Positions 14,101 to 27,945 of a stretch of 64,000 nt of DNA are shown one piece after another. The notes below the pieces were generated by a model, which saw only the letters and a list, made by a program, of their open reading frames with translations, made no database searches and was not told the origin of the DNA. Both the position numbers and the translations under genes were made by a program. Every line of letters starts with the position of its first letter. Within the stretch, counting starts at the first letter, position 1. Where the stretch lies: NCBI GenBank assembly GCA_977030845.1, contig OZ365114.1, positions 21,080,001 through 21,144,000 of the forward strand. Reading direction: 5' to 3'. The stretch comes from Fimbriosthenelais zetlandica. Taxonomy: Eukaryota.

Positions 14101-15049
14101 TATACCCAGGCAATAAAAGGCCAAGGATAAATATCCCATTAATCTGGTGGAGTAGGCAGTAGGCTATTGAATCATTCTACAATCTGCCTTAGTCTCCCTA
14201 CACCAGGCTATTTGAATGAGTAATCATTGAGTAGACAGTCACAAAGTCAAGCTTCATCCACTGATGATTAATTAATTGGGAGAATCCATCAGTTGGTGAA
14301 GTTTAGTTAGTGGCACGTCCCGGTCGGCAGACACCGCGATAAGAGATAACAAATCTGAGCAATTGTAAAGTTCAAACAATATAAATCATCACTGGAATGA
14401 GACTGAGAGATCTGTAATAAACCCATCAAATTGGATCAAGCTTCTGGCGCCTGAAAGTGTCTATACAGACAGACACAAGAAGTCACGAAAAAATACGGAA
14501 AAAACTATTTTCCTTGTATTGGAATGTCTGAAGCACAATGTGATACAAAATATCTCCCAAAGGATTCTGCCTTTATTCCCTAAGGTCCCTAGAAAAAGCC
14601 TGCCAGTCCGACTCGTCCCATCAAGTGCCCATCTTTACCATTATTGTGAACGTCGTTCATCGCTTCGTGTGGATTTTCTAAAGAGAAAGCTCTGTGGAAA
14701 AAAATCACAGTGCATCACAAAAGGGATGTCTTTCAACCGAGACTGATTAATGATTCTAATTAATCAGCCTTACATTATTATTTGCCTCTCTCTCCATGTC
14801 TCTACCATCTTCTTACTTTTTCTTTCACTCTCTTCCTCACCTTTCTCCCGGTGAAAGTTTAGATACATTTGAGGAAAAGGCGAGATTTTTTTGGGTAAAT
14901 AATCCCTTGATGACAAGAATATGGATTTGATAGGGAGTATTGATTGAGAAGGATCCGAGTTGGAACTCCCCAAGTCTGTCCCTTCGTCATTGTCCCCGGC
15001 ATTGTCCTCTCACAACCCCTGACGGTACAATATTCGTCAACCCCTTCAC

Positions 15050-15260
15050 TCCTCCCAGAGGGGAACAGGGGGAGGATGGGAGCATGCGGAGAGAGCAATA
15101 AAAAGCCAAGAAAAAAACAGAAAGGGGAAATGAAGTGGTCCAAAAAGGAGGACAACAGAAAATGATTATACAAAACCACGGAGAGGAGAAGTAGGAAACA
15201 GATGAAGGTATTGTGGAAGTATGAGGAAGAAGCGAGGAAGCGAAGAAAGTTAATATTGTA
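15050..15260. repeat. Purine-rich (GA-rich) low-complexity tract
   Basis: The plus strand is dominated by A and G (e.g. GAGGAAGAAGCGAGGAAGCGAAGAAAG). This produces the F/L/S-rich 158-aa antisense ORF 14859..15335. Confidence 0.7.
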
Positions 15261-18200
15261 GGTTTCTATAAAGGCATGAGGCACGTAAGGAATCCTTGGC
15301 TTTAGAATGTATATAGTGTGATCGTCTTCATTCAAAGGCTTTTATTTGAGGAGATATAAACTTTCCACCCAGAGTCCTCCTCATTACACTACGTGTCAGG
15401 ATGACCGATCAGAGTCCAATTGGTGTGGGAAAAGTGGTTAGAGAAAAATTACCTCCTTCATCAAGTCTCCCCTTACTCCTGAAACCACCAGCGACCACCT
15501 AGCTTTGTCACGCCTGCTATAGGCCTCCCATGATAAACTCACTTGCCTATAAATTGATGTCTTTGTTTTCCTGCATTGGATCATGGTCCAATAACTTGCC
15601 ACCCCCTGTCCTGGCTTCCCTATATCATAACGGTGATCTGTAGGGTACTTTGTATTTAGAGAAGACATATATCACATTGAGGAAGTGACTTAGTGAGATC
15701 CATGGCAATATTCCGTGGTGTCCCTCCTTGATAGGCAAATATAAGTTGTTACTGGAGAAAGCGAACAAGCACGTTTTCTAAGTTATATATCTTGCATTAT
15801 AAGTCCTGAAAAAAAACGTAAAAGTGGGGGAGTGTCTTAATTGGCTGCTTTGTTAATAATTATGTGTTTGCATCTGGAATGAATTATTGGCTTTGTGCCC
15901 GCTATTTGGGTTCATTAACTTTGAATGCGTTGTAGTCATGGAGTCTGGAGGGCAGAGAGAAGTAAATGACATCTTTATCATGGTGCCTGTAGTCCGCCTG
16001 TTGACCTTAACATGCCTATTTGTATAGTAAATATTGATTTGGATGCTCAGAACAGGTCGGTGAAATGAACCATATAAGCCGTCTCGTATACAAGACCTCA
16101 TATCTCAGCCACACATGGCCGATCCATCACTCTTCTCTCCCTCTCACCACCGCTTTCATCTCATTCATGAGCTCACTCCATTTTTTTTATTTCCACTTAT
16201 TTCCTCTAACCCATTTTGAGTCTTTTTGAGGAGAGCATACTGAGACATTAAGTGGTCATGGAAATAGTGGGTGCAGTATGTATGATGTACTACTATAATT
16301 GCATGATAAGCAGGGTAAAACCTTTTAATATAGGAGCAATGCCTGCATATTGAGCTAATATATAATCATTAAACGCAAGTCAGGCATGGAGAAAAGAAAA
16401 GAAATCCATTGCTTTTGACCAGCAGCTGTAATGCAATTGTGGCTGGACCTGAGGGCTCTAGAGTTAGATTGCTGTACCTGGGAGTAAACCCCTTCTTTAT
16501 TCTACTACTCTCTGGTGGGATTCAACGTCAACAGTTATTTGAGGAGGATTTCTCAAGGATCATGTTCAGTCCCCAATAACCGGAGTAAAACAACCTAGGA
16601 CTGCTTTGAGCGGTTCAGCATTAACTCCTTTTGAAATCCCATCCCAGAAATTAATATTTGATAAACAGAGGAAGGAATTGCATGTAGTCAAAGCCTTTTT
16701 CATACAGTAATACATGCAATACACACGCCTACTATAAGGTCCTGACAGTCGAGGTTGGAATTTCCTTCGCGTCAAGGACATACTGAGAGAAAAGAGGTAT
16801 AATGTTTTGCAACATGAAACCTAAAATCCATCAGAACCCACGATTTCTTCCCTCAACCCGAGTAACTCTATATACTTGGCCCTCCATGGCAATCTGGAAG
16901 CACAGGGAGAGATATAGAAAGGGATGTGGATCCGGGTTATTACAAAGCAGTGAGAAGAGAAAAGCTTCTAGGGAATCCATTAAGTCCACTCCTCACCACA
17001 AAGTCATGCAGTTAAATGTCCATTTGTTTGGATGCACATAAGACTACAGAAAGCCCCTATACCGTTTACACTGTATGTAGCTGGCAGAGTGAACAGTTGA
17101 TTTCTTCAATTGTTTTTCTTTGGATATAAAAGACAGCAACATGAAAGGCTGCTCTATTAATGTAACAAATTTTATTTGTTGACATAGTTCTACTCCTCTA
17201 CAATTTTGATGCTGTTCAATTTTTAATATTTTTCATTTCGTAATCATTGGGATTGTCATTGGTATCTGGTTCTGCGGGGAAGGCCACAAAGTCTGTTTTG
17301 TGTTGTCTGTCATTGGTAGCTGGAGCATATCAATGATTTCAAAGTACCATTCTCCATATGGGTAATATCAGTAAAAATTACATGTCTGTTTCATGGCACA
17401 ATGAACAAGGACCAGGTCACTTTCTCAAATAACTCAAATATCATGATACATGAACAATGTCAAAGCAGTGACAAAACCATTTGGTATGTTACTTTCTGTC
17501 ATGCACTTTCCTGAATGATGCTTTCTGACTCTCTATATTCTCTCTCTCTCACTCACTATCTTTGTCCCTCAATCTCTGATTTTCTATTCCTGTATCTCCC
17601 ACTTTCTATTATACTATCATAGCCTTACCAGTCTATCTTACGACTAGTACATTTGAGAAAAGAAGGAACATCTTCAGAGCGAGGAAAAACAGCATGAAAT
17701 GATCACAAATTGGCTGGTGAATCATTCCAGTGTTGCGTGCGACATGTTGTGTAGGTTCTTGCATCTCCTGTGATGCTATAGAGGAAAGATTAGATTTATG
17801 ATATATGAGGAACACTCAGGGCCAATCATAAACAGGAGAAAAACTCCTTATTGCCTTGATGGGGAGGATAAAATCTAATGAGGCAGAGAAAAGAGGATTA
17901 GGATGGGGGATGCTTTGCTTTCTCAACGCTCCAACCATCGAATCATTCTCCTATCCAAAAGAGGCTGGTCCTCAAGGATCCTCGACAAAAGAGAAGGGTA
18001 GAAAATGTGTAAAGGAGTAGGCACGAAAGTGAATGACTCACGAAATTACACAAATAACATGAATCATGTCATGTAAAGTGTCGTGTAAAACTGATAAGTA
18101 CAGGTGTATTCCGTAGCTAGCTCAGTGCAGTTAAATCATGACATTTTGTGTATGATCATGTGTAAAATCATTTGTGCCGAATATGTCGGGCGTTACTTGG

Positions 18201-20483
18201 ACTATAAACCCAACATAATAACATGCCAAATCGGGGGTCTTAATGAAATTTCAAGTAAAGAGACAAGCCCAATCTCAATGCGGCTCAGGCGCGAGAGGAA
18301 CCATTAAGTCTCTCTCTGTTGAGGAATGAATCTTCAGAATGGAAGTCTAATTCCCCGAATTACGTTCCCAGCTGAGGAATTTTTGTGAAGGAAGTAGAAA
18401 TAAATAGTTTCTTGATAAGAAAACATGCATTTTAACACTTTGCTCATGGATGCTCAGTCATAAAAGCCGGCGCCTGGCGGCTTTAACCCTGTAAGAAGGA
18501 GGCGCTTTTTTACCCAGACCCACAATGGCTTCACTCGAGAAGCCAGGCAGCAAAACGAGGCCAGTAGTTTTAAACCTTTAAAGCGGTGTGTGTGATCAGG
18601 CGTCATGACGAACAGACTGCCATCTTGTGGAGGAAAAAAAATGGAAAGAAGAGTGAACATGGCCTGTTGGGGGAGTGAGAAGGGAAGATGATGTCCTCTC
18701 ATTTCCATGGGTGCGTTGGGGAAGCAAGCTGGAACAAACATCGAAATTATTCACTCGCTCTGATTATTGTTCAATCGAGCGATCGCATGCTTCTAGAGGC
18801 AAAAACTAAATTGGAAAGGGAAAACCATTGGATAAAGGGGAAAATTAACTAATCCCTCCAACGAGACAGAATCAATGGAGTGGGTTATTTTGAAAACACA
18901 TCTCAGGTGGGTTTTATTTTCATCTTAATTTCAGAGAAAGCTGGTTAGATAATGTAATTTTCGTCTTTGCTAAACTTCTTGAAATAACATTCGTGCTTCT
19001 CGTACCAGACGATTGACGGAATGTAATAGATCGATTGGAATTTTTAAAAATCTTTTTTACTGCGCTGCAGACATCCTCCTTTCATTCTGTGGATTGTGGA
19101 GTTGGTTTCTTGGCATGACGTCCCACACAAAAAGGAAGATAAATCGTCCATACAGGCAGCAGAATGATGGATGGGTATGTGCAAGATGATACAAGATTAC
19201 ACCGTAATGTGCACATCATGTGCCAATGGATGATACATAAAGAACCGCCAAATTATGATCCATTTGCCAATTTGGAATGTTAATACCTAAGTTACACGTA
19301 CAAAGGTTTATTTTCGGGGGCCGAATTATATCTGCAGCTGAGGCTTCACTCAAGTGTTATAACAAAGGAAATAACCTCCTTCTCAGAGCAGGAAATTCAT
19401 TACTATTTCAACATGTTCTTGGGTTTGTGAATTCCACCGAGGTCCTCTGTCAAAGCAGTATTGGGTATGTGTCAACATAAGGATATTTCTGTATTTAATA
19501 ATTCATGTATGACATTGGCCAATGGATAAAATCCATTATGAGTATTATATAAAGTGTATAATCAAACTGATTCAGTTATACATTATTGTTAATCGATTAC
19601 CTGCATGGGAAGTTTGACCCAACACTAGCAAACCACATGCAGAGGCTAAATCGAAACATAAGCCCCTCCTCCATCAATGTTAGAGCCATCCTTCCTGTCA
19701 TCCTCTAACAGGTCAAGTGAAGGCATTATGACACCAAGGTAGGCCTGATGAAGTCAGCCATTTCTATGTTATTCATAGATTTATACTGATACATGTATAT
19801 AGTTTAGTATATACTTAAAATATATATTATTAACAGAGGAACTACAGGGTATCATATCTAATATTCTTATTCATCTGCAAATGATAAATTCAAAATTTAT
19901 CCGGCGGTATGCTATAGATTGACATCGGTCAGGACAAGAGATAACTTCTTGAAACTTTCACAGTGATTTAGAAGTATATAGAAACACAGGTATTTGGGAA
20001 GAGAGCTAGTCTAGGCTAGACATAGAGAGTGACTAATCTCGAGTATGGTCGTAATCAGGCAAAGCAGGTCTTATAGGGGGACTGATGGATGGGACTGACT
20101 TTATACTCTACAGCCCCTAATACTGTCGTTTGATAGAAACAGATGAGTTGAGTCCCCACCCAGCAGGCAAGTGATGCATCCCCTAATAATCCTTGCATGG
20201 CAAAATCTGACAGCGATAGGTTAGTGATCAGTAGACTTTCATCAGCAAGCCACATAAAAAGTGTGAACTTGGCCCATGAACATGTGTGAGAAAAGTCGAA
20301 GGCGTGAAAAAAAGTTCGTTGAATATGAGAATAGAGAACATTCCTGAATATCTGATCAACAAAGTAACGTCCCCGCATTTGCATTTCTCAGCAGAGACCA
20401 TGGTTTTGATTGTTTCTTTATAACACGTGATAAGAGAAGGCCTTCTGATTGGATGGTTCCTTCATGACGTGCCATGAATTGTT

Positions 20484-20550
20484 CCAGCCATGTTCCATCC
20501 ACCAGTCATGTTCCATCCACCAGCCATGTTCCATCCACCAGTCATGTTCA
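20484..20550. repeat. 18-bp minisatellite, ~3.7 copies (CCAGYCATGTTCCATCCA)
   Basis: Units start at 20484, 20502, 20520 and 20538 (last one partial). It explains the MFHPPV/MFHPPA repeats in ORF 20490..20765. Confidence 0.95.
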
Positions 20551-23500
20551 TTAATATGATTTCAGCCCTCTATAAATGTCATTCAATCCCTCACTTTTCT
20601 TTGATCTTGCCACCACCCTGTTCTTGCCACAATGCTCTCAAATCTCCAACACCTCAAGCTTTGCCAGGGCACGAACAAACCCATTATAACATCTGTAACA
20701 AGGTGTCAAGGCAGGTGTTCAATATTCAAAAACATTCCCCAAGACAAACCCACTGTGGATATTGATTCTGCATTATATTTCATATCGTGTTGTGCATAAA
20801 ATCAAATCCATTGGTCCATTGCTGGCACTCGTGATGCTATTTCAAAAAGGGTTCTACCAAAACATGGCTTCACCAAATATCTTTAGGCAAAATGTAGTTG
20901 ATATACGATATCAACCACTAACTCAATTACTGATAAAGTGTTGAAAATTACAGCTGCCTGTTATTTTTATTTACCACATGCAGCGTAGCCAGGTGTTTGA
21001 GGCTTCTGCAGATTAAAATTACTTTTCTTTAGGATTCAGTTTCATTACCCCCTGGGCAAAAATCACGACAGCTGTTTCAAAATCCTAAAATGTTCAGTTA
21101 ATTTTGCATCTGAAAAGATTCCTTACTATGTTCCTTGGGGAAAGGATGAGGTATCCAGTATAGCTGCATATAAACTCATGCCATCTGATAAATCTATATT
21201 TATACGATTAGGTTGTACTTGGGAAAGTACTAACCAGAATTTTCTCCACTTAAGGAGGCAAATTCGAAATGCAAACTGGATTTTTTCATTATTTGGATCT
21301 GGCCACACAGAAGGCAAGTAAAAGGGCCACTTGTCCTCTCCGTCCCAAGTTAACGGGTGGACTGATTGTAAGCATGCCAGTAGAGAATTGGTTCAGGCAG
21401 GATCGATTATGCCGATTAAACCATTGCTTCTACTTTGACCACAACCAGCTATACTAGGATGTTGACTTGATCCATCCCCAGCAAGAAAGAAGGATTGCCC
21501 TATAAAGTCTGAGATGGGAATAGCCAACTCTGGAAAAAATGATGGTAAATTGAAGTGTCAGGCCCTGTATCCCAAAACTATATATCACAGCGAAAACATA
21601 AAACGCAGAAAAATCAAACAACACAAGTGTCTAATTCATGTACAAAAGCTAAATCAATCAATGTGGGTTTTTCTATCAAGGCAGGAAGGATCTTTGCCAG
21701 GGGGATAATCCCGCTTCATGTTGATGCATGGTTAGTGGGGAATACATTGAGGCGCATCAGCAGGGATTTTCCCTTCTGACCAAACAGCAAACCAGCTCCG
21801 TCAACTCCGTACAAAAGGCATTTTGAGGATGAGAATAAAGAAGCCATTAAGAAGCAAGCGACTAACAATGCAGGCAAAGCAGGGTGTGGACATGGATGCT
21901 TGATGCAGAAATAATGCCATACAGCTCCATTGACGGGGATGACTCGACAATCTCACAATCACAGAGACTCCAATCCCTTACTAACACCTGGCCCCTGAAG
22001 ATGAAGATTGATTCCAGTTTAGGGAGGTGAATCTAATTTCAGTCTCAGTGTAGTTGCCTGTTAACCATACAATTTGCCACCTCCCTAACATGGGCTCTTA
22101 GTCTGCAACTCTGAGGCTATATCCGCAGAAGCATAGCTTGGAATCTATACTTTGCACCAAGCTGGTCACCAAGCTTTTGTTGTTAAAAATTCATCACGAC
22201 TCCGGTGCTGTTGGGTATCGGAAGGATATATCAAGGGATATCTGAAACATGGGCTCTGTGTCAAAGGACAAGGGTGGTGAGAGAGCAGGGGGAGCTATAG
22301 GGAAGAAGCTTTTTCATGGTTGCCCAGGATGCTGTTGGTGCAGAGCCTGGTGCCTGAGAGGCTTTCAGACATCTAACTTGTCATTACTGTACAGACAGGA
22401 CATCAATACTCATTGCAGTCGTCCAGGGTTGTCATTTGTACCATGTATGTTAGAATTATCACAGTAAATGAGCTTGGATGCTTTATCGATTAGTATTCAA
22501 TTACACAGTCAAAACAAACAATAAAATAAACAAGGGATCTTTTCATTGCATTCAGCTGCAACTAAATTTCTTCTGCCTGCAGTTTTATATAGGCAGGATA
22601 TAGTTTCTTAACAATGTGGAGGTGAGTAGGAGTTAAGGATAACACCTATAGAGGGCGAAAGTTCCCACAGATCATCCAGACAAATTGTATCAGCACAACC
22701 CTATATCATTTCCAACCCAGTTAGGCCCACAAATGAGCAGGATTTATCTCAGAGATTGACTGACTCCTGATTCAGGTAATTAGTCATGCTCCAGGCAAAC
22801 ATAGATAGGCTTCCCTCTGCATCTGATAATTCAGGATTAACGCAATCTGGCGGAGGCAAAAGTTCTATACTAGATTAGACTCCTTACTAGTATAATCTAG
22901 ACTATAAGCAATGCAATTTATAGCATCACAAAGTGCTTGCCTGATAACATGTGTCTACTAAGATAGTTGTGAAGAAGGTCCATCATCTGAGTATTGATAT
23001 GGAGATTTTCTCCAGTATTTTTCTCACAATGCATCAATCTTTTTTCAGCTCTATTTGAGATTCTATACAGCAGATATGATGGACTGTGAAGTAGTGGACC
23101 ATGAGAGAGTGTCCAGGCTTGCTCAGTCTTTTTTCAATAACATATTTTTATTTAACATACAGTGTATAGTTATTGATCGAATACTCGGTATACAGCAGCC
23201 AGATGCATTTTCCATATTTACTCAATTTATACCGCAACCAGTTCAAGTCCATGAGAAGTTGTTTGTATATATGATTAGGATATGACAGTCACAGATCTAT
23301 AAGAAAACACATAAATAATGACGAAAAGTTGTCACTCATAAATTGAAATAAGATAGAAGTGTCATCATATTATATGAGGAACTAAGTTTGAACAGCTTCT
23401 AGCCATTACTGTCTTCTTCGACTAAATTAGGAGACATTTCCCCTGCGTGTCATCAGAGCTTCATGTTGGGTTTTATGCTTGATTAATCTTCATGACTACC

Positions 23501-26500
23501 CACATCAATGCATATTGCACCTTACCTAGGCAAAGGAACTGTGTTGCTCCCTGGAGTGTCTCATAATAAGGAACTGTAGTTCAGTGCGGCAAATCTCCAC
23601 AGTGGTAATCTCATGGAGACACCTATGCTAAAGAGTGTAACAGTGTATTATGAAAGAACCCTGTAGGACAAACTAGCTCTACAGCACATTGCCCTCCAGC
23701 ACCCTGGCTTTCATTACCACCTCGTGATGGTGCATATTCCATGATGTTTCAGTGTTTGGCCAACTCAGCGAATAACAAAGCTTAAGGCGACACAAACCAT
23801 CCGCCAGGGACATTAGGGTCTTTATGCACCTCAGACATTGCAGTCTCCCATGTGAGGGAGGAAGCGCTAGATATTTTGCAATTGTGAATTTGACCTTGTA
23901 CTGATCTGCTAAGTTATTCATGTCGTATCTTACACAGGGGAAATAAAACCTCAGAGGAGGGTTTCATTCGGTTCCGATGTCTGGTCGTGTCTTCGGTGGG
24001 AGGACAATCGGTCAAAGGAGCATGTGAGACGAATCTCAGTCTCGGGATATTCATGTTGCAACAGCCATTAGACAGAGGAACCATTCATTACTGATTGACC
24101 GTCAAACAAGCCAGGTCATTAGTACGGTGAAAGCACCGGCTCCCACCAATTGACACCTGTATTCAGCACCTAAGCCGTATCGGGGGCACCATGTTAAATC
24201 CCACCTTCAGGAACTATCTAGAAGTCGAATTGAGGTGCAATAAATTCCAATGCAACACTTTGGCTGACACCACTAGAAATGGCCGATCACAATATTATTC
24301 ACATTGATTTAATAAAGGCTGAATGCACTGCCTTCTGCATGCTAAATGAATTGATAAATGACTTAGGTTAATCAGTTAATGGTAGGGTAAATATCTGGGC
24401 TGATATCCTGTGTATTATGCAGTGATTTATGAAGCCAGTAACATTTTGGGAATGACAAAATAATACTTCCTAGAGACTTGGGATAATCAGAGGTGATGCC
24501 AGGCAGACATGATGTATGCCTCTGAGGTGGCCGCTTACAGGGCCCCAAGCCCTGCCTCATGAATTTCCATTAGCCTGGCCCTCCCATAATGCACCAATTA
24601 ATAGAGTTCATCCAATCTTTATTATCCAGTCATTGAGTCCAGCATCGAGTGCTAATTTTCCATGGCTGCCAATGAGGCAGTTGGGAACATTAAGGTTGCT
24701 GCATTTCTCACATAGAACATATCAGTGCTAATCCTTATAGGACTAGATTAATGCTTAACTCGGCAATTTCACTCTGCACTCTCAACTATCCGCCTTTATG
24801 CAATAGCATTTTTATCATTTCTTTAGATCAATCATATACGTCGATTATAAAATGACTGAATGAATAAGCAGATGAAGGTCCGTATAAAGGAAGTGATAAA
24901 GTAGGATAGAATAAGCAAGCTGTCTCAGCATGCAAATATGATAAATATTTTCCTTGAACTCCAGGCCCCTTTGTGGGTAATTAGCAATTTTTGCCTCCTA
25001 GTTACCCAGCTCAATTACAAACTGCTTATGACACCGGAATGGTTACTTGACATGAAGATGTGAAAGTAAATCTTCCCAGAAGAGATGGTTATCTCCGGAG
25101 GGGAAAGGGTTTTGTAAAGAACCTATTCAATTGCCAACAAATAAGAAGCCTCACAGATGCACATTGTCGTTTCTCAGGCCTCGGAGTAAAACTCCGAGAA
25201 ATCAAGTTATAGATCTGAAAGTTCAGAAAATGAAATGATCGATATTAGTCATCGTTTATCGGTGCAATATAGGTCATAATTATGCTTATCAGTTACCTAT
25301 CTCCAATGAGCTATTGTCATAGGGACTTCATCATTATTCATGAGATAATTAAAGGCTGGCCCTTCACTATGTTGCCATAGAGATCTTATAATTTCATGGG
25401 AGAATCTATAAGGAAGGCAGAGCCTGCTTGAAACTAGTCTTCTAGATGGTACTAAGACTGCCTCAGACTTGGCCTTACTGACACCTAATATTCTGTCTAC
25501 ATGTGGGCGATGTATACGATGCAATATAAATGCAGGACTGGTCCTATCCTTCGGCTTGTTCCGGCTACTCCAACTGCCTATCATAACTCGATGGTCATTG
25601 GACTCAATTGGGACAAGTGCTAAGATGCATGGGGGATGGCTTAGCTGTAACATGGCCAATGGCCCTTAGGGTGGGGCTAGAGGCTTGTGGAACATTGCAT
25701 GCTCTCATCTTACAAAGTCTATGGTCCTCATGACCCGCCATTATCAGGTCAAGGCCATTAGCACTACGTGTTTAGAAGGTGACTATAAAACTAAATGAGG
25801 GAAGTGGTCGTGAAAAAAATATTATAGAACGCAAGGAACCACAGAAAAAGCACAATGTGAACCGATTCCGGAAACCAGTTATTGATTCCAATGATATGAT
25901 GTATACCTTTTATTTGAAGGTAACATAAACAACCATTGTTTCGAGTTTGTGAAACGATTCACAGAGAAAAAAAAGTTTATCTGTCATTCATAGGAATTCA
26001 TTTCAAACAGAAATTCAGCCATGAGTATTATTTTGACACCACTCTTGAACAAGGCACCCGCAGCAAATTTTGCATGAGGTTATTTGGATGGCATCATTCC
26101 CTGATTCAGACAGATTTTCTGGTAGAAACCGTTGCAGCAATTAAAATGAAATGTAACTATAGAACTACCAGTTTCTTCCATGAGCAGGTTCCATTAGGAT
26201 TTTCCTGGGGTCTTGGATAAGAATACCACCTGTTGTGCTCACATGAGGTGAGGGGCGTAAAATGAGCCTGGGAATTGGTTGCCAGGTGACATGTCTCAAG
26301 CACAAGTGGGTACAACATCATGATTATTCCAAGCAGGGGATCTACCTTCCTTCTAAGCAGAAAAACTGACTCCAGGCAGGGGATCTGTTACAGACTGCCT
26401 TCCCTCTGACAAGAAATACCGAGTATATGAAAAGGTTCAATCTGAAAGGACATATGTAATCCAGTGGAGACTGATTTGACGAGACTAAATGTAGGCTGAC

Positions 26501-27811
26501 AAAAATGATATGCTCTGGACGCATGCCATACTACGCCACCCACATATTATCTGTCTATTCTCGAAGAATGTAATATTAATTTAATATGGGAAGGTGAGTC
26601 CTAAATTCTTAGGTAAGGTAACTTCTTATTAACTGAGCTATATGTAGGGCAAATCAATGAAACCCCAGAACGAGGAATCTACTGTTCCCAATGTGCACCA
26701 TGGTGCACTATAGTACAACCAAACAATGCACATTCTCCCATATATATGACCAGCCTCGCTAAATGCCTCAACCTCACAGCCATGAGACTTGCCATAATAA
26801 AGAACCCTAAGCACCTGGTGACAAATGTAAAGTAGAGATCTAAGTCTTCCGCCACCGGAAGTGCCTGACAATCAGGTGGTCACCTGATAGATGTGGGCGT
26901 GGTCCATACATCAGCTATCTGATGTTGAGTCAACCATAGATTTGTGCCTGATGCCACTCATGCCAATCGGTCCCTGTTGGCACAGGCCACCATAATGCGG
27001 CATTAAAGCTGAGCTAGATCTCTCTGTGAATTAAGTCTGGGTTTCTATATATTGGCTGTCTGACACCATGGTATATTGGATGATGGGTGGGAGTCCTATG
27101 TTAGCAGAACCTCTGGACTATTGATTTGCATACAGTGCAGGCTGGTTCAGATAGATAACAAACAGATACACGCTGATAAGAGCTAAAAGCAACTTATTGC
27201 CATTGACAATAGAGGACGCAAATGGAAGTTAATTCAAATATGTAGTTAGCATCCATCCGTCTAGCATACACATTGGATGAAGGTTATGTGATATGTCACC
27301 CATGCAGGTTAGGTCTGTCAGCTACCTTTTAATGTATTAGGCCTTAATGAAGAAAGATAAACCTGCAAATGATACTTAGTATGTACATGACAATCCACTC
27401 AATCTTCATATGCAATAGGCTTCATATTACATCATTTTGATTAGCATGCTCATATGTGCAATTTAAATAACAATAAATTAACATTGTCTTTAACTGAGTA
27501 GTAGGCAAATTTAAAGTTGGGTTGGTGGATGACAGACTGAAAAGGGACCCACAAACCAAAGTATAAAGGCCAGCGGGTACAACCAAATAATTGTTTACAA
27601 TGTAATGTAAAAGGAAAACGTGCTAGGAATCTCAACTATTATGAAATAAAACAGGCCTACAACTAAAATATAATCCAAACCTCAACACGAAGTTCCAAAC
27701 CTCCTAACAAATCTAATGACTTGACTGTACTTATTAATTGTAGGCCTATACTCAAATGTCGTCCTTCCATCCTGCCACTGACTTGTTTTGCCGGTTATCG
27801 TGGGAAAGAAA

Positions 27812-27945
27812 TTTGGCGGGAAAAGAAGGCGAAAATAATTAACGCCACTATGATTTTGAATTGTTTTGGCTCCTATCATGGGCAACAGATTTTGGCGGGA
27901 AAAGAAAACGAAAAACAACTCAATTGAATTGTTTATGACTCGGAA
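27812..27945. repeat. Degenerate tandem duplication (79-bp offset), each unit starting TTTGGCGGGAAAAGAA
   Basis: TTTGGCGGGAAAAGAAGGCGAAAA...TTGAATTGTTTTGGCTC starts at 27812 and TTTGGCGGGAAAAGAAAACGAAAA...TTGAATTGTTTATGACTC starts at 27891. Confidence 0.7.

Noticed and set aside
14743-14767. 9-bp hairpin CTGATTAAT-7nt-ATTAATCAG
   Set aside because: Short and AT-rich; expected by chance.
14859-15335. 158-aa ORF, one of the longest in the window
   Set aside because: It is the antisense read of a purine-rich low-complexity tract; biased F/L/S composition and no domain.
16566-16781. ORF with KFQPRLSGPY, resembling the Gypsy integrase GPY/F motif
   Set aside because: Isolated short match with no integrase core or other pol sequence nearby.
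20484-20550. Short tandem arrays considered as CRISPR-like
   Set aside because: The units are contiguous with no unique spacers, there are no cas genes, and the context is eukaryotic.
24162-24182. TTCAGCACC, the left half of an RE1/NRSE site
   Set aside because: The right half (GGACAG) is absent.
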